This document shows positions 9,418 through 19,023 of a DNA stretch of 64,000 bases, in pieces. This DNA is from Akkermansia muciniphila (lineage in GTDB: Bacteria > Verrucomicrobiota > Verrucomicrobiia > Limisphaerales > SIBE01). The notes beneath the pieces are model-generated. The model searched no databases. It was not told the origin of the DNA and saw nothing but the letters and a program-made list of their open reading frames with translations. Position numbers and translations under genes: made by a program. The DNA lies in the NCBI GenBank assembly GCA_945861765.1, contig CAMAWP010000005.1:2651-66650 (forward strand). The letters run 5' to 3'. Position 1 is the stretch's first letter; each line of letters begins with the position of its first letter.

Positions 9418-12168
9418 ATGGCCGATCGAATGGAAACGTTGACTGACTCTCTCCCAGCTCGTCTGCTGCACCGGTTGGCGCAGTGCGTCGTCCGTTATCC
9501 TTGGCTCTTTTTTTATCCCCAGATTCTTTTATTTGGGGTCTCAGTCTTCTATACGGTCAAGCATCTCGAGTTCGACATGAGTCGAGACAGCTTGGTCGGC
9601 GCGGACAAGAAGTATCATCAGAACTTTCTCAGGTTCAAAAACGAATTTTCCACCCAAGATGAACTGGTAGCTGTGGTGGAAAGCGAAGATATGGAGAAAA
9701 ATCGCCAATTCGTCGAGCGGCTGGGAGCCAAGCTAGAGGTTGAGACGAATTTATTTACGGACGTCATCTACAAGGGAGATTTGACGATGCTAGGGCCGAA
9801 AGCTCTCCTTTTCTTATCCGAGCAACAATTGGTCGAGCTCGATCGCACGCTCAATAACTATCGGCCATTTTTACAAAATTTCGCCCAAGCCACGAATCTC
9901 AATTCGCTCTTTCGAAAAATTAATCAGCAGTTTCGGACGAGCAAACGCGAGCAAAATGCAGAGAACGAATCGCTCGTCGAAGCGGTGCCTGCCCTGACGC
10001 GCATTGTCTCTCAGGCGAGAGATTCGCTCGATCGGCCGGGTGCTCCGCCGGCACCCGGGATCACCGCTCTTTTCAATGCCGGGGCGGAGGCTGAGCAAGA
10101 GCAGTATCTCACTTACGCCCGTGGGAGGATGTACTTAGCAACAGCCAGACCTCTGAGGGCAGACCTCGATGTGTTGGCAGTCAAGCGATTGCGAGTCTTG
10201 GTCCAAGAAACCCAAGCGGAAGTGCCCGGAGTCAACGTGGGCATCACCGGAGAATCAGTGCTTGAACTCGACGAGATGACCCAATCGCAGCGCGATTCGA
10301 CTGTTGCTACCATCGTGTCGCTCATTTTGGTGGTGCTTATCTTTGTGGTGGGCTACCGGGAGACCGGAAGGCCGCTGAAAGCCACGCTCAGCTTGATCGT
10401 CGGATTAGGTTATACGATGGGATACACCACGCTGACGGTCGGCCATCTGAACATTTTGACGATCACATTTTTGCCAATTTTGATCGGCTTGGCGATCGAC
10501 TTTGGAGTTCATTTGATCACGCGCTATGAGGAGGAATTGCGCAATGGGCGTTCTGAAAGAGAAGCCCTGGAAAAAGCTATGGTCAACACGGGCCTGGGGA
10601 TTTTCACCGGGTGCTTCACAACGGCTGGAGCTTTTTTTGCGATGGGCCTCACCGATTTCAAAGGCATTCAAGAGATGGGAATAATTACTGGAGGAGGCCT
10701 ATTGGTTTGTCTGATTCCGATGATGACCTTACTACCTGTCTTGCTGAGAAAAGGCCGACAAAATGCGATGGACCACCACAATGCCGGAACGGATAAGAGG
10801 GAGCAAATCGAGCGGCTTTGGTTGGACCGGCCAGTTTGGGTCATGGGGATCTCAGCGGCACTCTGCGGGCTTGCGCTCACTCAATTTCATAAAATCTATT
10901 TTGATTACAACCTGCTCAATATGCAATCGAAGGGACTGCCGTCTGTGGTCTTCATGAGAAAGCTGATTGATGAGGCTTCAAAGTCAGTCTTGTTTGCTGC
11001 CGTGGTGGCCAATTCTCTTGAAGAAGCAGTCGCCTTAAACTCGAAACTCACCAACCTGCCGACGGTTGCGAGCGTTGATTCGATGACGCAGTTTCTGAAA
11101 GGAGATCAGACCGCCAAATTAAGCCGCATCGGTCATATCAAGGACGAGTTGTCGGCAGTTCGATTCGAGGAAGTCGATACCGAACCTGTGAACCTTGCGG
11201 AGCTGAATTATACGTTAACAATTTCGCAGAGCTACTTGGGCCTAGCGGCCAGCGAATTGCAAAAGGAGGGCGATAGAGCGCTGGCTGAGCAACTTCGTTC
11301 ATTGCGACAGGCCATGGGAGACTTGCGCCATCGTATCAGCAACGGCAATCCGACTCGAGATGCTCTCAAACTTTCGGTCTTCCAACGCGCTTTGTTTCAG
11401 GATATTCACAACACCTTTGATGTTCTGAAAAACCAGGATAACAGCTCGCCTTTGAGCATCTCAGACTTGCCGCCGGCTCTGAGAAACCGTTTTGTTGGGA
11501 AGTCTGGCAAGCATCTGCTGCAGGTTTACCCGAAAGAGAATGTGTGGCAGCGTGACAAACAAAAAGAATTCGTTCAACAACTTCGGACTGAGGATGAAAA
11601 TGTGACTGGCACTCCTGTACAATTGTACGAATATACAAGCTTATTGAAGGAAAGTTATGAAAAAGCAGCCTGGTACGCCCTCGGCGCGATTGCTATTCTG
11701 GTCCTAATTCATTTCCGCAATCTCTCGAGCGTGCTGCTCGCCTTACTGCCGGTGGCGATTGGTACGATCTGGATGGCAGGCGTGATGGGAGCCTTCAACA
11801 TTCCGTTTAATCCCGCGAACATAATGACCCTGCCATTGGTCATCGGAATAGGCGTCACCAACGGAATCCATATTCTCAATCGGTTCGCCGAGGAGCAGAA
11901 TCCTAGCATTCTCGCCAGGAGCACTGGAAAGGCGGTGCTCGTGTCGGCGCTCACGACCATCGCGGGCTTCGGCAGCTTGATACCTGCGAAACACCAAGGC
12001 ATTGCCAGCTTAGGAATTGTCATGGCAACGGGCGTTGCCACTTGCATGTTGGCTGGCCTCACGTTGCTTCCCGCCCTGCTGAGCCTTCTAATTCGCCAAG
12101 GGTGGATATTGAAAAAACCCAGTGCCGACAATGCACTGCCAACACTGGGTCGGGAGGAACCGAGGTAA
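9418..12168 (+). CDS. MMPL/RND-superfamily transporter (HpnN-like architecture)
   Basis: 916 aa with two TM bundles (about aa 300-450 and 760-900), each preceded by a large soluble domain. This is the MMPL-type topology. Confidence 0.8.
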   Translation: MADRMETLTDSLPARLLHRLAQCVVRYPWLFFYPQILLFGVSVFYTVKHLEFDMSRDSLVGADKKYHQNFLRFKNEFSTQDELVAVVESEDMEKNRQFVERLGAKLEVETNLFTDVIYKGDLTMLGPKALLFLSEQQLVELDRTLNNYRPFLQNFAQATNLNSLFRKINQQFRTSKREQNAENESLVEAVPALTRIVSQARDSLDRPGAPPAPGITALFNAGAEAEQEQYLTYARGRMYLATARPLRADLDVLAVKRLRVLVQETQAEVPGVNVGITGESVLELDEMTQSQRDSTVATIVSLILVVLIFVVGYRETGRPLKATLSLIVGLGYTMGYTTLTVGHLNILTITFLPILIGLAIDFGVHLITRYEEELRNGRSEREALEKAMVNTGLGIFTGCFTTAGAFFAMGLTDFKGIQEMGIITGGGLLVCLIPMMTLLPVLLRKGRQNAMDHHNAGTDKREQIERLWLDRPVWVMGISAALCGLALTQFHKIYFDYNLLNMQSKGLPSVVFMRKLIDEASKSVLFAAVVANSLEEAVALNSKLTNLPTVASVDSMTQFLKGDQTAKLSRIGHIKDELSAVRFEEVDTEPVNLAELNYTLTISQSYLGLAASELQKEGDRALAEQLRSLRQAMGDLRHRISNGNPTRDALKLSVFQRALFQDIHNTFDVLKNQDNSSPLSISDLPPALRNRFVGKSGKHLLQVYPKENVWQRDKQKEFVQQLRTEDENVTGTPVQLYEYTSLLKESYEKAAWYALGAIAILVLIHFRNLSSVLLALLPVAIGTIWMAGVMGAFNIPFNPANIMTLPLVIGIGVTNGIHILNRFAEEQNPSILARSTGKAVLVSALTTIAGFGSLIPAKHQGIASLGIVMATGVATCMLAGLTLLPALLSLLIRQGWILKKPSADNALPTLGREEPR

Positions 12169-12408
12169 ATACCTCAAGACGAATCCGAACTTAATTGCAT
12201 GATGTTGAGAAGTCAATTGATAATTGATTTGGGTAGAAAATGACCCATACATCTACAATATACGGACAGTTATTCTTAGCGTTATCGTTACCGATAAAAT
12301 GTTAATATTTTCCAGCAAATTATCATTTAGTTCTCCAGGGCAAGTTGAAATATACCGATGTCGGCGCTTGCTGAAGGATCCTTCATACCACTAACAGAGG
12401 GTTCACGA
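12169..12408 (+). promoter_or_regulatory. AT-rich intergenic island with a palindrome, putative promoter/operator region
   Basis: My hand count for 12181-12360 is 60 G+C in 180 nt (33%). Palindrome TCAATT-GAT-AATTGA at 12213-12227. -10-like hexamers are present (TACAAT 12254-12259, TAATAT 12303-12308) but I found no clean -35/-10 pair. Confidence 0.3.
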
Positions 12409-13860
12409 ATGCAAGTTCGCAAAGGTTTTCTGATAGCAAGTCTGGGTTTTCTCTCCTGGGGAGCACTGGCCGACTCGTGGGATTCTTTGGGTCCACTGTA
12501 CCATAAAGGGGAATTGACCTTGGGAACCGGTTACCGAAAAGAGATCCTCGGCCCGTTGGTAATCCGCGATCAGAACGAAGCAGCTTCGAGCTGGAGCTTT
12601 GCCTCAATAGTTTCCGCTTACAAAGATTCGGGGACTGATTCCAGAGAGTTTGACCTTTTGTATCCGCTGCTCACTTACGATAGATTTGGCTCCGAATATC
12701 GGTTGCAACTTCTTCAACTTTTCAGCCTGAGCGGAGGTAAGAACAGCGAAAGCCTACAGAATAATCGCCTAACCGTCTTTCCCTTTTACTTTCAACAGCG
12801 TTCTCCCGATCCTGCTTTGACTTACACGGCGCTGGTTCCAGTTTATGGGCAACTAAAAAACCGGCTGTTGTGGGATGATATCCACTTTGTTCTGTTTCCT
12901 CTCTACGCGAGAACTCGGAAGCGTGATGTCGTGACTGACAATTACGTGTACCCGGTCGTTCACTTGCGCCACGGAGAGGCGTTGCAGGGGTGGCAGGTTT
13001 GGCCATTGATCGGCCGCGAACACAAGGATGTGACAACGCGGACCAACAATTTTGGGGAAACAGAAACCATCGGCGGCCACGACAAGAACTTTGTCCTCTG
13101 GCCTTTTTACATCGACAGCAGATCGGGCTTGGGAACGGAGAGCCCTACAACCCAGCGGGCGATCTTGCCGTTTTTTAGCATTCAGCGCTCGCTGCTTCGC
13201 GACTCTTCGACCTACCTATGGCCTTTCGGCCTTACCTATACCGAGGACCGGGAGAAAAAATATCGGGAATGGGATGCCCCATGGCCACTGGTTGTCTTTG
13301 CACGGGGCGAGGGTAAAACGGCGAATCGTATCTGGCCCTTATTTAGCCAAGCCAGGAGTCCGACTTTGCAAAGTGATTTCTACCTTTGGCCACTCTACAA
13401 ATACAACCGGATCACCTCTGAGCCCTTGGACCGGCAGCGCGCGCGCATCTTCTTTTTTCTTTATTCTGATTTGATTGAGAGAAATACGACTAGCGGTACA
13501 GGGTTACGGCGCACTGATCTTTGGCCTCTTTTTACGGCCCACCGGGACCACCAGGGAAACGAGCGTTTGCAACTTTTGGCTCCGCTAGAACCGCTCCTGC
13601 CGAATAACAAAAGCATCGAACGGAACTATTCGCCGCTATGGTCGATCTGGCGTTCTGAAAAAAACGGGAAGACGGGCGTGGCTAGCCAGTCGCTGCTATG
13701 GAATCTTTACCGGCATGACATGACTTCGACATCGAAAAAATACTCGCTCTTGTTCGGCCTTTTCCAGTATCAATCCGGTCCTGAAGGAAATAGATGGCGA
13801 GTGTTTTACCTCCCCGTCGGGACAACCAAGAAGCCTATTGCCGCTCAACCACAGCTCTAA
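12409..13860 (+). CDS. Exported repeat protein of unknown function (about 14 aromatic-Pro-Leu/Phe beta-hairpin-like repeats)
   Basis: The track ORF starts at 12358. The likelier start is MQVRKGFLIASLGFLSWGALA (signal-like) at 12409. Recurrent motifs: LLYPLL, VFPFYF, LVPVYG, LFPLYA, VYPVVH, VWPLIG, LWPFYI, ILPFFS, LWPFGL, PWPLVV, IWPLFS, LWPLYK, LWPLFT, LAPLEP. Confidence 0.6.
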   Translation: MQVRKGFLIASLGFLSWGALADSWDSLGPLYHKGELTLGTGYRKEILGPLVIRDQNEAASSWSFASIVSAYKDSGTDSREFDLLYPLLTYDRFGSEYRLQLLQLFSLSGGKNSESLQNNRLTVFPFYFQQRSPDPALTYTALVPVYGQLKNRLLWDDIHFVLFPLYARTRKRDVVTDNYVYPVVHLRHGEALQGWQVWPLIGREHKDVTTRTNNFGETETIGGHDKNFVLWPFYIDSRSGLGTESPTTQRAILPFFSIQRSLLRDSSTYLWPFGLTYTEDREKKYREWDAPWPLVVFARGEGKTANRIWPLFSQARSPTLQSDFYLWPLYKYNRITSEPLDRQRARIFFFLYSDLIERNTTSGTGLRRTDLWPLFTAHRDHQGNERLQLLAPLEPLLPNNKSIERNYSPLWSIWRSEKNGKTGVASQSLLWNLYRHDMTSTSKKYSLLFGLFQYQSGPEGNRWRVFYLPVGTTKKPIAAQPQL

Positions 13861-13880
13861 GCATAAGTTAGCGATCTGTT

Positions 13881-14627
13881 ATGTTCCAAAACATCGGCGA
13901 AATGATGATTCTCTCGTGGCGCACCCTGCTCTTGTTGCCACAGACGTTCCGGCAGCGGCGCAAGGTTTTTGACCAACTCTTCGAGATTGGAAATGCTAGC
14001 TTGCTAATGACTTGCATCCTTTCCCTCTTTATTGGCGGGGTGATTGCGCTTCAAAGCGGCCCCGTGCTCTCCGAAAGAGGGTTGTCGAGCTACATCGGCG
14101 GGTTAGTTGGGCTTTCGATTTGCAAAGAGCTGGCGCCTGTCATGATGTCGGTGCTGATCGCTGGGCGCATCGGATCAGCCATGTCGGCCGAGATTGGTTC
14201 CATGCGGGTTTATCAAGAGATCGATGCCTTGCGAACCATGAATATTGATCCGATTCAGTATCTCGTTCTACCCCGTTTGGTAGCTATCAGCTTCGCCCTT
14301 CCCCTTCTCGTGATCTTTTCTATCTTAGTGGGCTGGCTCGGGGGAGCAATCGTCTCGATGATCAACCACCAGATCGCGGTTCCATTTCAAGCCTACTTCA
14401 GCAATCTCCGCGAAATGGTTGAAGTGAACGATGTGGTCAACGGACTCATCAAAAGCCTTTTTTTTGCCGTGATTATCGGGGTGGTTTCTTGCCATCAAGG
14501 GCTTAAAACGATCGGTGGCCCGCGCGGCATTGGCCGTTCCGTGACGAAAGCTGTCGTCAACTCGATTGTACTGATCTTGATCCTCGATTATTTCCTCACC
14601 GCCTTCTTACTCTACTTCGACAAATGA
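13881..14627 (+). CDS. mlaE: MlaE-family ABC transporter permease
   Basis: 248 aa, polytopic, resembling the MlaE/YrbE family. ATGA overlap with the next gene. Confidence 0.9.
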   Translation: MFQNIGEMMILSWRTLLLLPQTFRQRRKVFDQLFEIGNASLLMTCILSLFIGGVIALQSGPVLSERGLSSYIGGLVGLSICKELAPVMMSVLIAGRIGSAMSAEIGSMRVYQEIDALRTMNIDPIQYLVLPRLVAISFALPLLVIFSILVGWLGGAIVSMINHQIAVPFQAYFSNLREMVEVNDVVNGLIKSLFFAVIIGVVSCHQGLKTIGGPRGIGRSVTKAVVNSIVLILILDYFLTAFLLYFDK

Positions 14628-15391
14628 GCGACCCCACATCAGCCAGGGACGGCGTTAGCGTCCAAGTGCGTGGATTGCGGAAATATTTCCATGGTCAAGC
14701 CGTGCTCCAAGGAGTTGATTTGGACGTCTCGCCCGGAGAAATCTTTGTCATCATGGGGCCGAGCGGGAGCGGTAAAACAGTTCTGCTCAAGCATATCATC
14801 GGACTGGAAATACCGGACGCAGGAGCTATCTCGATTGACGGCCAGTCGATCGACGGCCCGGGCTTCATGGCCAAATACCGGCTTGCGATGGTCTTTCAAT
14901 CAGGAGCCTTGCTGAACTCGCTGACAGTAGGCGAAAACGTCGGCTTATACTTGAGCGAGCATCGAATTAAGCCGGAAAAAGAAATCGCCCGGATCGTAGC
15001 GGAGAAATTGGAACTGGTCGGCCTCAAAGGTCTGGAGATGCGGCTTCCGAGCGAGCTTTCCGGTGGAATGAAGAAACGCGTCGCGATCGCCAGAGCACTC
15101 GCCATCGAGCCGCAGCTTATTTTGTATGATGAGCCGACCAGTGAACTCGATCCTTTGATGGCAGTCACAATTGCCGAAGAAATTTTGAAACTGAAACAAC
15201 GGATCCACGTCACCTCCATCGTGGTATCCCATGATCGAGACCTGGCTTTTGGGGTCGCGGATCGAATTGCTATTATTCACGAAGGGAAAATCCTTGCGGT
15301 CGGCTCGCCGGAAGAAATCAAAGCGAATCCGGAACCGATCATCCAACAATTCTTGACGGTCGAATTTAAAAAAGAAAAATTCATTCTATGA
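14624..15391 (+). CDS. mlaF: MlaF-type ABC transporter ATP-binding protein
   Basis: Walker A GPSGSGKT, signature LSGGMKKRVAIARAL, Walker B LILYDEPTSELD. Confidence 0.9.
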   Translation: MSDPTSARDGVSVQVRGLRKYFHGQAVLQGVDLDVSPGEIFVIMGPSGSGKTVLLKHIIGLEIPDAGAISIDGQSIDGPGFMAKYRLAMVFQSGALLNSLTVGENVGLYLSEHRIKPEKEIARIVAEKLELVGLKGLEMRLPSELSGGMKKRVAIARALAIEPQLILYDEPTSELDPLMAVTIAEEILKLKQRIHVTSIVVSHDRDLAFGVADRIAIIHEGKILAVGSPEEIKANPEPIIQQFLTVEFKKEKFIL

Positions 15392-16359
15392 GAAACACTC
15401 TTGAAACTCGCCTTGGCATGTTCTTCGCCCTTGCGTTTATTTCTGCCGCGATCATTTTTGAAATGATCGGCGGGCTTGATTCATTCAAAGGCGGCTACAA
15501 TGTTCGCGCCCATTTCAACAACATTCAGGAACTCAAGACCGGGGATTCGGTCAAGATGGCTGGAGTTCAGATTGGCCGGGTCGGTGACATCTCCCTGGCC
15601 AACAACAAAGTGGAAGTGAGTTTAAGGCTCACTAAGCCGGGCCAGGTTAAGACCGACAGCAAAGCCACCATCAAGTTCGTTGGCTTGCTCGGGCAGAATT
15701 ACATCGCCATCGATTTTGGATCACCCACAGCCCCTGTTGCCACAGAGAACGCGCTCATCGAAACAGCGGAGCAGGTGGATCTGAGCACGATCATGGTCAA
15801 GCTCGACAGCGTCGCCACAGGTGTGGAAAATCTGACGAAGAGCTTTAGCGGTGATAGCCTCAATAATTTGATTGGACCCTTCACCGATTTCCTGAAAGAG
15901 AACAACCCCAAGCTGAGCGCCATTCTCAGCAATTTGCAAAACGTCTCGACCCAAATAGCCAAGGGCGAAGGTACGGCGGGCAAACTGATCTTCGAGGATC
16001 AGCTTTATCATTCCGCGCTGAGCACCGTCACCAATTTGAACACGACCTCAGATGAAATCAAATTAACTATCTCCCAAGCCAGAGGAGTTATTGAGCAGAT
16101 CAACGCAGGCCAAGGCACACTCGGCAAATTGGCTAAGGACGATACCCTTTACCGGGAGGCGACCACGGGGATGACCAATTTTAAAGAAATCTTGCAAAAA
16201 ATGAATCAAGGGCAAGGCTCGGTCGGCAAACTCATCAATGACGAAAGCCTTTACAAAAACGCGAAAATGACTTTGCAAAAAGTCGAAAAAGCTACGGAAG
16301 GTCTCGAGGACCAAGGCCCATTGAGTATCTTGGGCACTATAATGGGCAGCCTTTTCTAA
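15388..16359 (+). CDS. mlaD: MlaD/MCE-family substrate-binding protein
   Basis: N-terminal TM segment and MCE-like domain (VKMAGVQIGRVGDI). Three C-terminal G(Q/E)G(T/S)xGKLxxD(D/E)xLY repeats. Confidence 0.85.
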   Translation: MRNTLETRLGMFFALAFISAAIIFEMIGGLDSFKGGYNVRAHFNNIQELKTGDSVKMAGVQIGRVGDISLANNKVEVSLRLTKPGQVKTDSKATIKFVGLLGQNYIAIDFGSPTAPVATENALIETAEQVDLSTIMVKLDSVATGVENLTKSFSGDSLNNLIGPFTDFLKENNPKLSAILSNLQNVSTQIAKGEGTAGKLIFEDQLYHSALSTVTNLNTTSDEIKLTISQARGVIEQINAGQGTLGKLAKDDTLYREATTGMTNFKEILQKMNQGQGSVGKLINDESLYKNAKMTLQKVEKATEGLEDQGPLSILGTIMGSLF

Positions 16360-17195
16360 GAGTGAATCGTCCGGGTGACGCTGCCCGACCAAAGCGGGTC
16401 CCAGCCTCCTCCTCGTGCTGGCCGCTTTTCCAATTCAATATCGATGTAAAGAATCGTTTCGGCATCCACTCCATACGGTCCTTGCAGGACAGGCTCTCCC
16501 AGAGCATTCACGACCAGCGAACAGCCGATGCATTGATGACCTTTCCAAGGACCTCCCGTTATCCAACCCACATTGCTGACGCCTGCGATCCAGATGTGAA
16601 AATCTCGAGCCACGGGCTGGTAATTTTCAATCCAGAGCGCGCCATAAGGCTCTTTCTCGTGGTCGTGATCGGCGGGCACAGCCCAGGCAGATGGTGATAA
16701 AATGATATCGGCCCCCATATAGCCGAGAGTGCGACTGATGACTTGCCCCCGAGCGAAAGCATCTGCACAAATCATCACGCCAAACGTTCCCAACGATGTC
16801 TGAGCCACTTGGAGCCGGTCGCCCTGGTCGTAGAAATCGTGACCGATCTCCAGCTCATTCAATTTCCGATGATGCAGAATAAGATCACCGTTCGGGTCAA
16901 TTAAAACAGCGGAATTATAAATCTTCGTGCCCTCTCGTTCCACGAGACCGGAGCAGATGTAAACATTGTTTTCCCGAGCAGCTCGTCGCAATTGACGACA
17001 CGAATAGCCATCCGCGATTTCGTCGGCCTCTGTGGCAGCCGAAGGATCGGTCCATCCTAGCGTCATTGCCTCCGGAAGGACGACCAATTTTCCTCCTTCG
17101 TCCGCTGCTCGCCGGATCAGAGCTTCTGCGTGACGAATGTTTTCCTCCTTGCGCCCTCCCTGAACACGCATTTGAACCAAAGCCAATTTGAACAT
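16356..17195 (-). CDS. Carbon-nitrogen hydrolase (nitrilase superfamily) protein
   Basis: Contexts for the E-K-C triad: VVLPEAMTLGW, HHRKLNE, VMICADAF. Confidence 0.85.
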   Translation of the reverse strand: MFKLALVQMRVQGGRKEENIRHAEALIRRAADEGGKLVVLPEAMTLGWTDPSAATEADEIADGYSCRQLRRAARENNVYICSGLVEREGTKIYNSAVLIDPNGDLILHHRKLNELEIGHDFYDQGDRLQVAQTSLGTFGVMICADAFARGQVISRTLGYMGADIILSPSAWAVPADHDHEKEPYGALWIENYQPVARDFHIWIAGVSNVGWITGGPWKGHQCIGCSLVVNALGEPVLQGPYGVDAETILYIDIELEKRPARGGGWDPLWSGSVTRTIHS

Positions 17196-17218
17196 GCGGT
17201 GGGGCTCTTCGATTGGAA

Positions 17219-18319
17219 CTATCTTCTCGCCTTCGCGCGCGAGCTCAGAATCGCGCTCTCTTCGAAAATAGCATGGCGAATCACGGTGCGTTCGTCCGAA
17301 GTAAAAGTAACGTGAATCTTTCCGTCCCGGGTTTGAATCGCGGTGGGATAAGCGAACGAACCACGTCCCTCAGCCAGCTTCCTCCGAAACGGAAAAGTCC
17401 GACCCAGGTCTGTGGAGATCGCCGCAGTTAAAGGAGTCCGCTCATCCATGCTGTCGTTGAAAATAAACAGCAAGTTGCCGCTCCGGAGCTTGATCAACTC
17501 CACTGCCGCATTGGGATTCGGAAACTCCGTCTCCTGGCCCGCGCTCCAAGATCGCCCGCCATCGTGAGACTCCGAGCGCACCACGTAGCCATCGTTGCCC
17601 GGTTCGTAATCGCCGCCGCGGCGGCAGAAAGCAAGCAGGTGATCTCCGGAAATTTGAACCACGGCCGGCTGCAGATTGCCCATGCGAGAACGGATGTGCG
17701 TGGATTCCGTCCAAAGTTTCTGTGCGGCGTCGAACCTTAAGAAAAATGAAGTCGTGTCGGGCGGGACGAATTCAGTGTCCTTCCCCATCTCATGATAAAC
17801 CGGCAACAGGTAGTCGCCGTTGTCTAGGATGATCGGACGCCCTCGAACCATCGAGCCCTCCTGCCAAACCAGCACGAAGGAATCAGACCATGTGTAGCCA
17901 ATATCTTGAGAAACCTTGGCCATGATCCGCGAGGTGGACCAAGTCTCACCGGGTCTCACCACAAAAAAGAGCCAGACTCGGCCGTCGGGAGCTTGCCAAA
18001 CGACCGGATTGCCCATTGATTGGAACGGATTGCGGGCAATCGCCACTGGTTCTGTCCAGCGGCGAGAGCCTTTTTTGAGGCGCGCTGCAAACACAGAAGT
18101 TGCCTGCGCATACTCGCCTTCGCCTCCGTAGTAGGTCAGGTAAAGATCACCGTTTTGCAGCTCTGTGATGCAGGAGGGGTGCTTGTAATCTCCCGTCTTT
18201 GTCTCAGGTCCGAAGATTTTCTCGATCTTGATTTGCTGGCCTGAGAGTGAAAGCCCAAAGAGCAGAACCGAAGTCGAGACAAGAAGTGCCCAGAACCTTG
18301 AAAAGGGAAGAGATTTCAC
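17219..18319 (-). CDS. Exported BNR/Asp-box repeat sialidase-like glycoside hydrolase
   Basis: Signal peptide. Asp-box motifs SQDIGYTW, SHDGGRSW, STDLGRTF. Confidence 0.75.
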   Translation of the reverse strand: MKSLPFSRFWALLVSTSVLLFGLSLSGQQIKIEKIFGPETKTGDYKHPSCITELQNGDLYLTYYGGEGEYAQATSVFAARLKKGSRRWTEPVAIARNPFQSMGNPVVWQAPDGRVWLFFVVRPGETWSTSRIMAKVSQDIGYTWSDSFVLVWQEGSMVRGRPIILDNGDYLLPVYHEMGKDTEFVPPDTTSFFLRFDAAQKLWTESTHIRSRMGNLQPAVVQISGDHLLAFCRRGGDYEPGNDGYVVRSESHDGGRSWSAGQETEFPNPNAAVELIKLRSGNLLFIFNDSMDERTPLTAAISTDLGRTFPFRRKLAEGRGSFAYPTAIQTRDGKIHVTFTSDERTVIRHAIFEESAILSSRAKARR

Positions 18320-18327
18320 TCGGTGCT

Positions 18328-19023
18328 CTATCGCTTCTTGGATTTTTGGAATTTCTGCAATTTAGGACTGATAACAACGGCGCAGTACGGCGCGTTCGGA
18401 TTCTTGCGGAAGTAATCCTGATGATAATCTTCCGCCGGATAAAATTTCGTCAGCAGCGCGATCTCAGTGACAATGGGCTTCTTGAACCGTGTAAGTGCTG
18501 CCAGTTTGGATTTTTCCGCGACCTGCTTCTGGGCTTCGTCATGGTAGAAAATAACCGAACGATATTGCGTGCCTTCGTCTGCTCCTTGTCGGTTTAGCGT
18601 CGTCGGATCATGAGCTTCCCAGAAAATATCCACCAACTTTTCAAAAGCAATCTTTGCCGGATCAAACTCGATCTGAATGACCTCAGCATGGCCGGTGTTG
18701 CCTGAACAAATCTGTTGATAGGTCGGACTGGCCACATGGCCCCCTGCGTAACCGGAGGTGACCGATTTCACACCGTCGAAAGTCTCGTAGATCGCTTCGG
18801 TACACCAGAAACAACCGCCCCCGAAGGTCGCCAGTTGGGTTTTCGTGGTCGAGACCTCTGCTTTAGAATCTGGTGCTGCATTCATGATGAAGGGCAACAT
18901 AAAGCACCCCACGCAAAGACAAAAGCTGAATTGCCTGATGGTTGACTGGAGCGAACCGTTCAAGAGCCGCTTAAAAAAGGCGAGAGTGAAGATCATTTTC
19001 ATAAGCCAAGGAACAATCCTCAT
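18328..19023 (-). CDS. msrA: Peptide-methionine (S)-S-oxide reductase MsrA, with an N-terminal signal/TM extension
   Basis: GGGCFWCTEA active-site motif. The start may be internal. Confidence 0.9.
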   Translation of the reverse strand: MRIVPWLMKMIFTLAFFKRLLNGSLQSTIRQFSFCLCVGCFMLPFIMNAAPDSKAEVSTTKTQLATFGGGCFWCTEAIYETFDGVKSVTSGYAGGHVASPTYQQICSGNTGHAEVIQIEFDPAKIAFEKLVDIFWEAHDPTTLNRQGADEGTQYRSVIFYHDEAQKQVAEKSKLAALTRFKKPIVTEIALLTKFYPAEDYHQDYFRKNPNAPYCAVVISPKLQKFQKSKKR

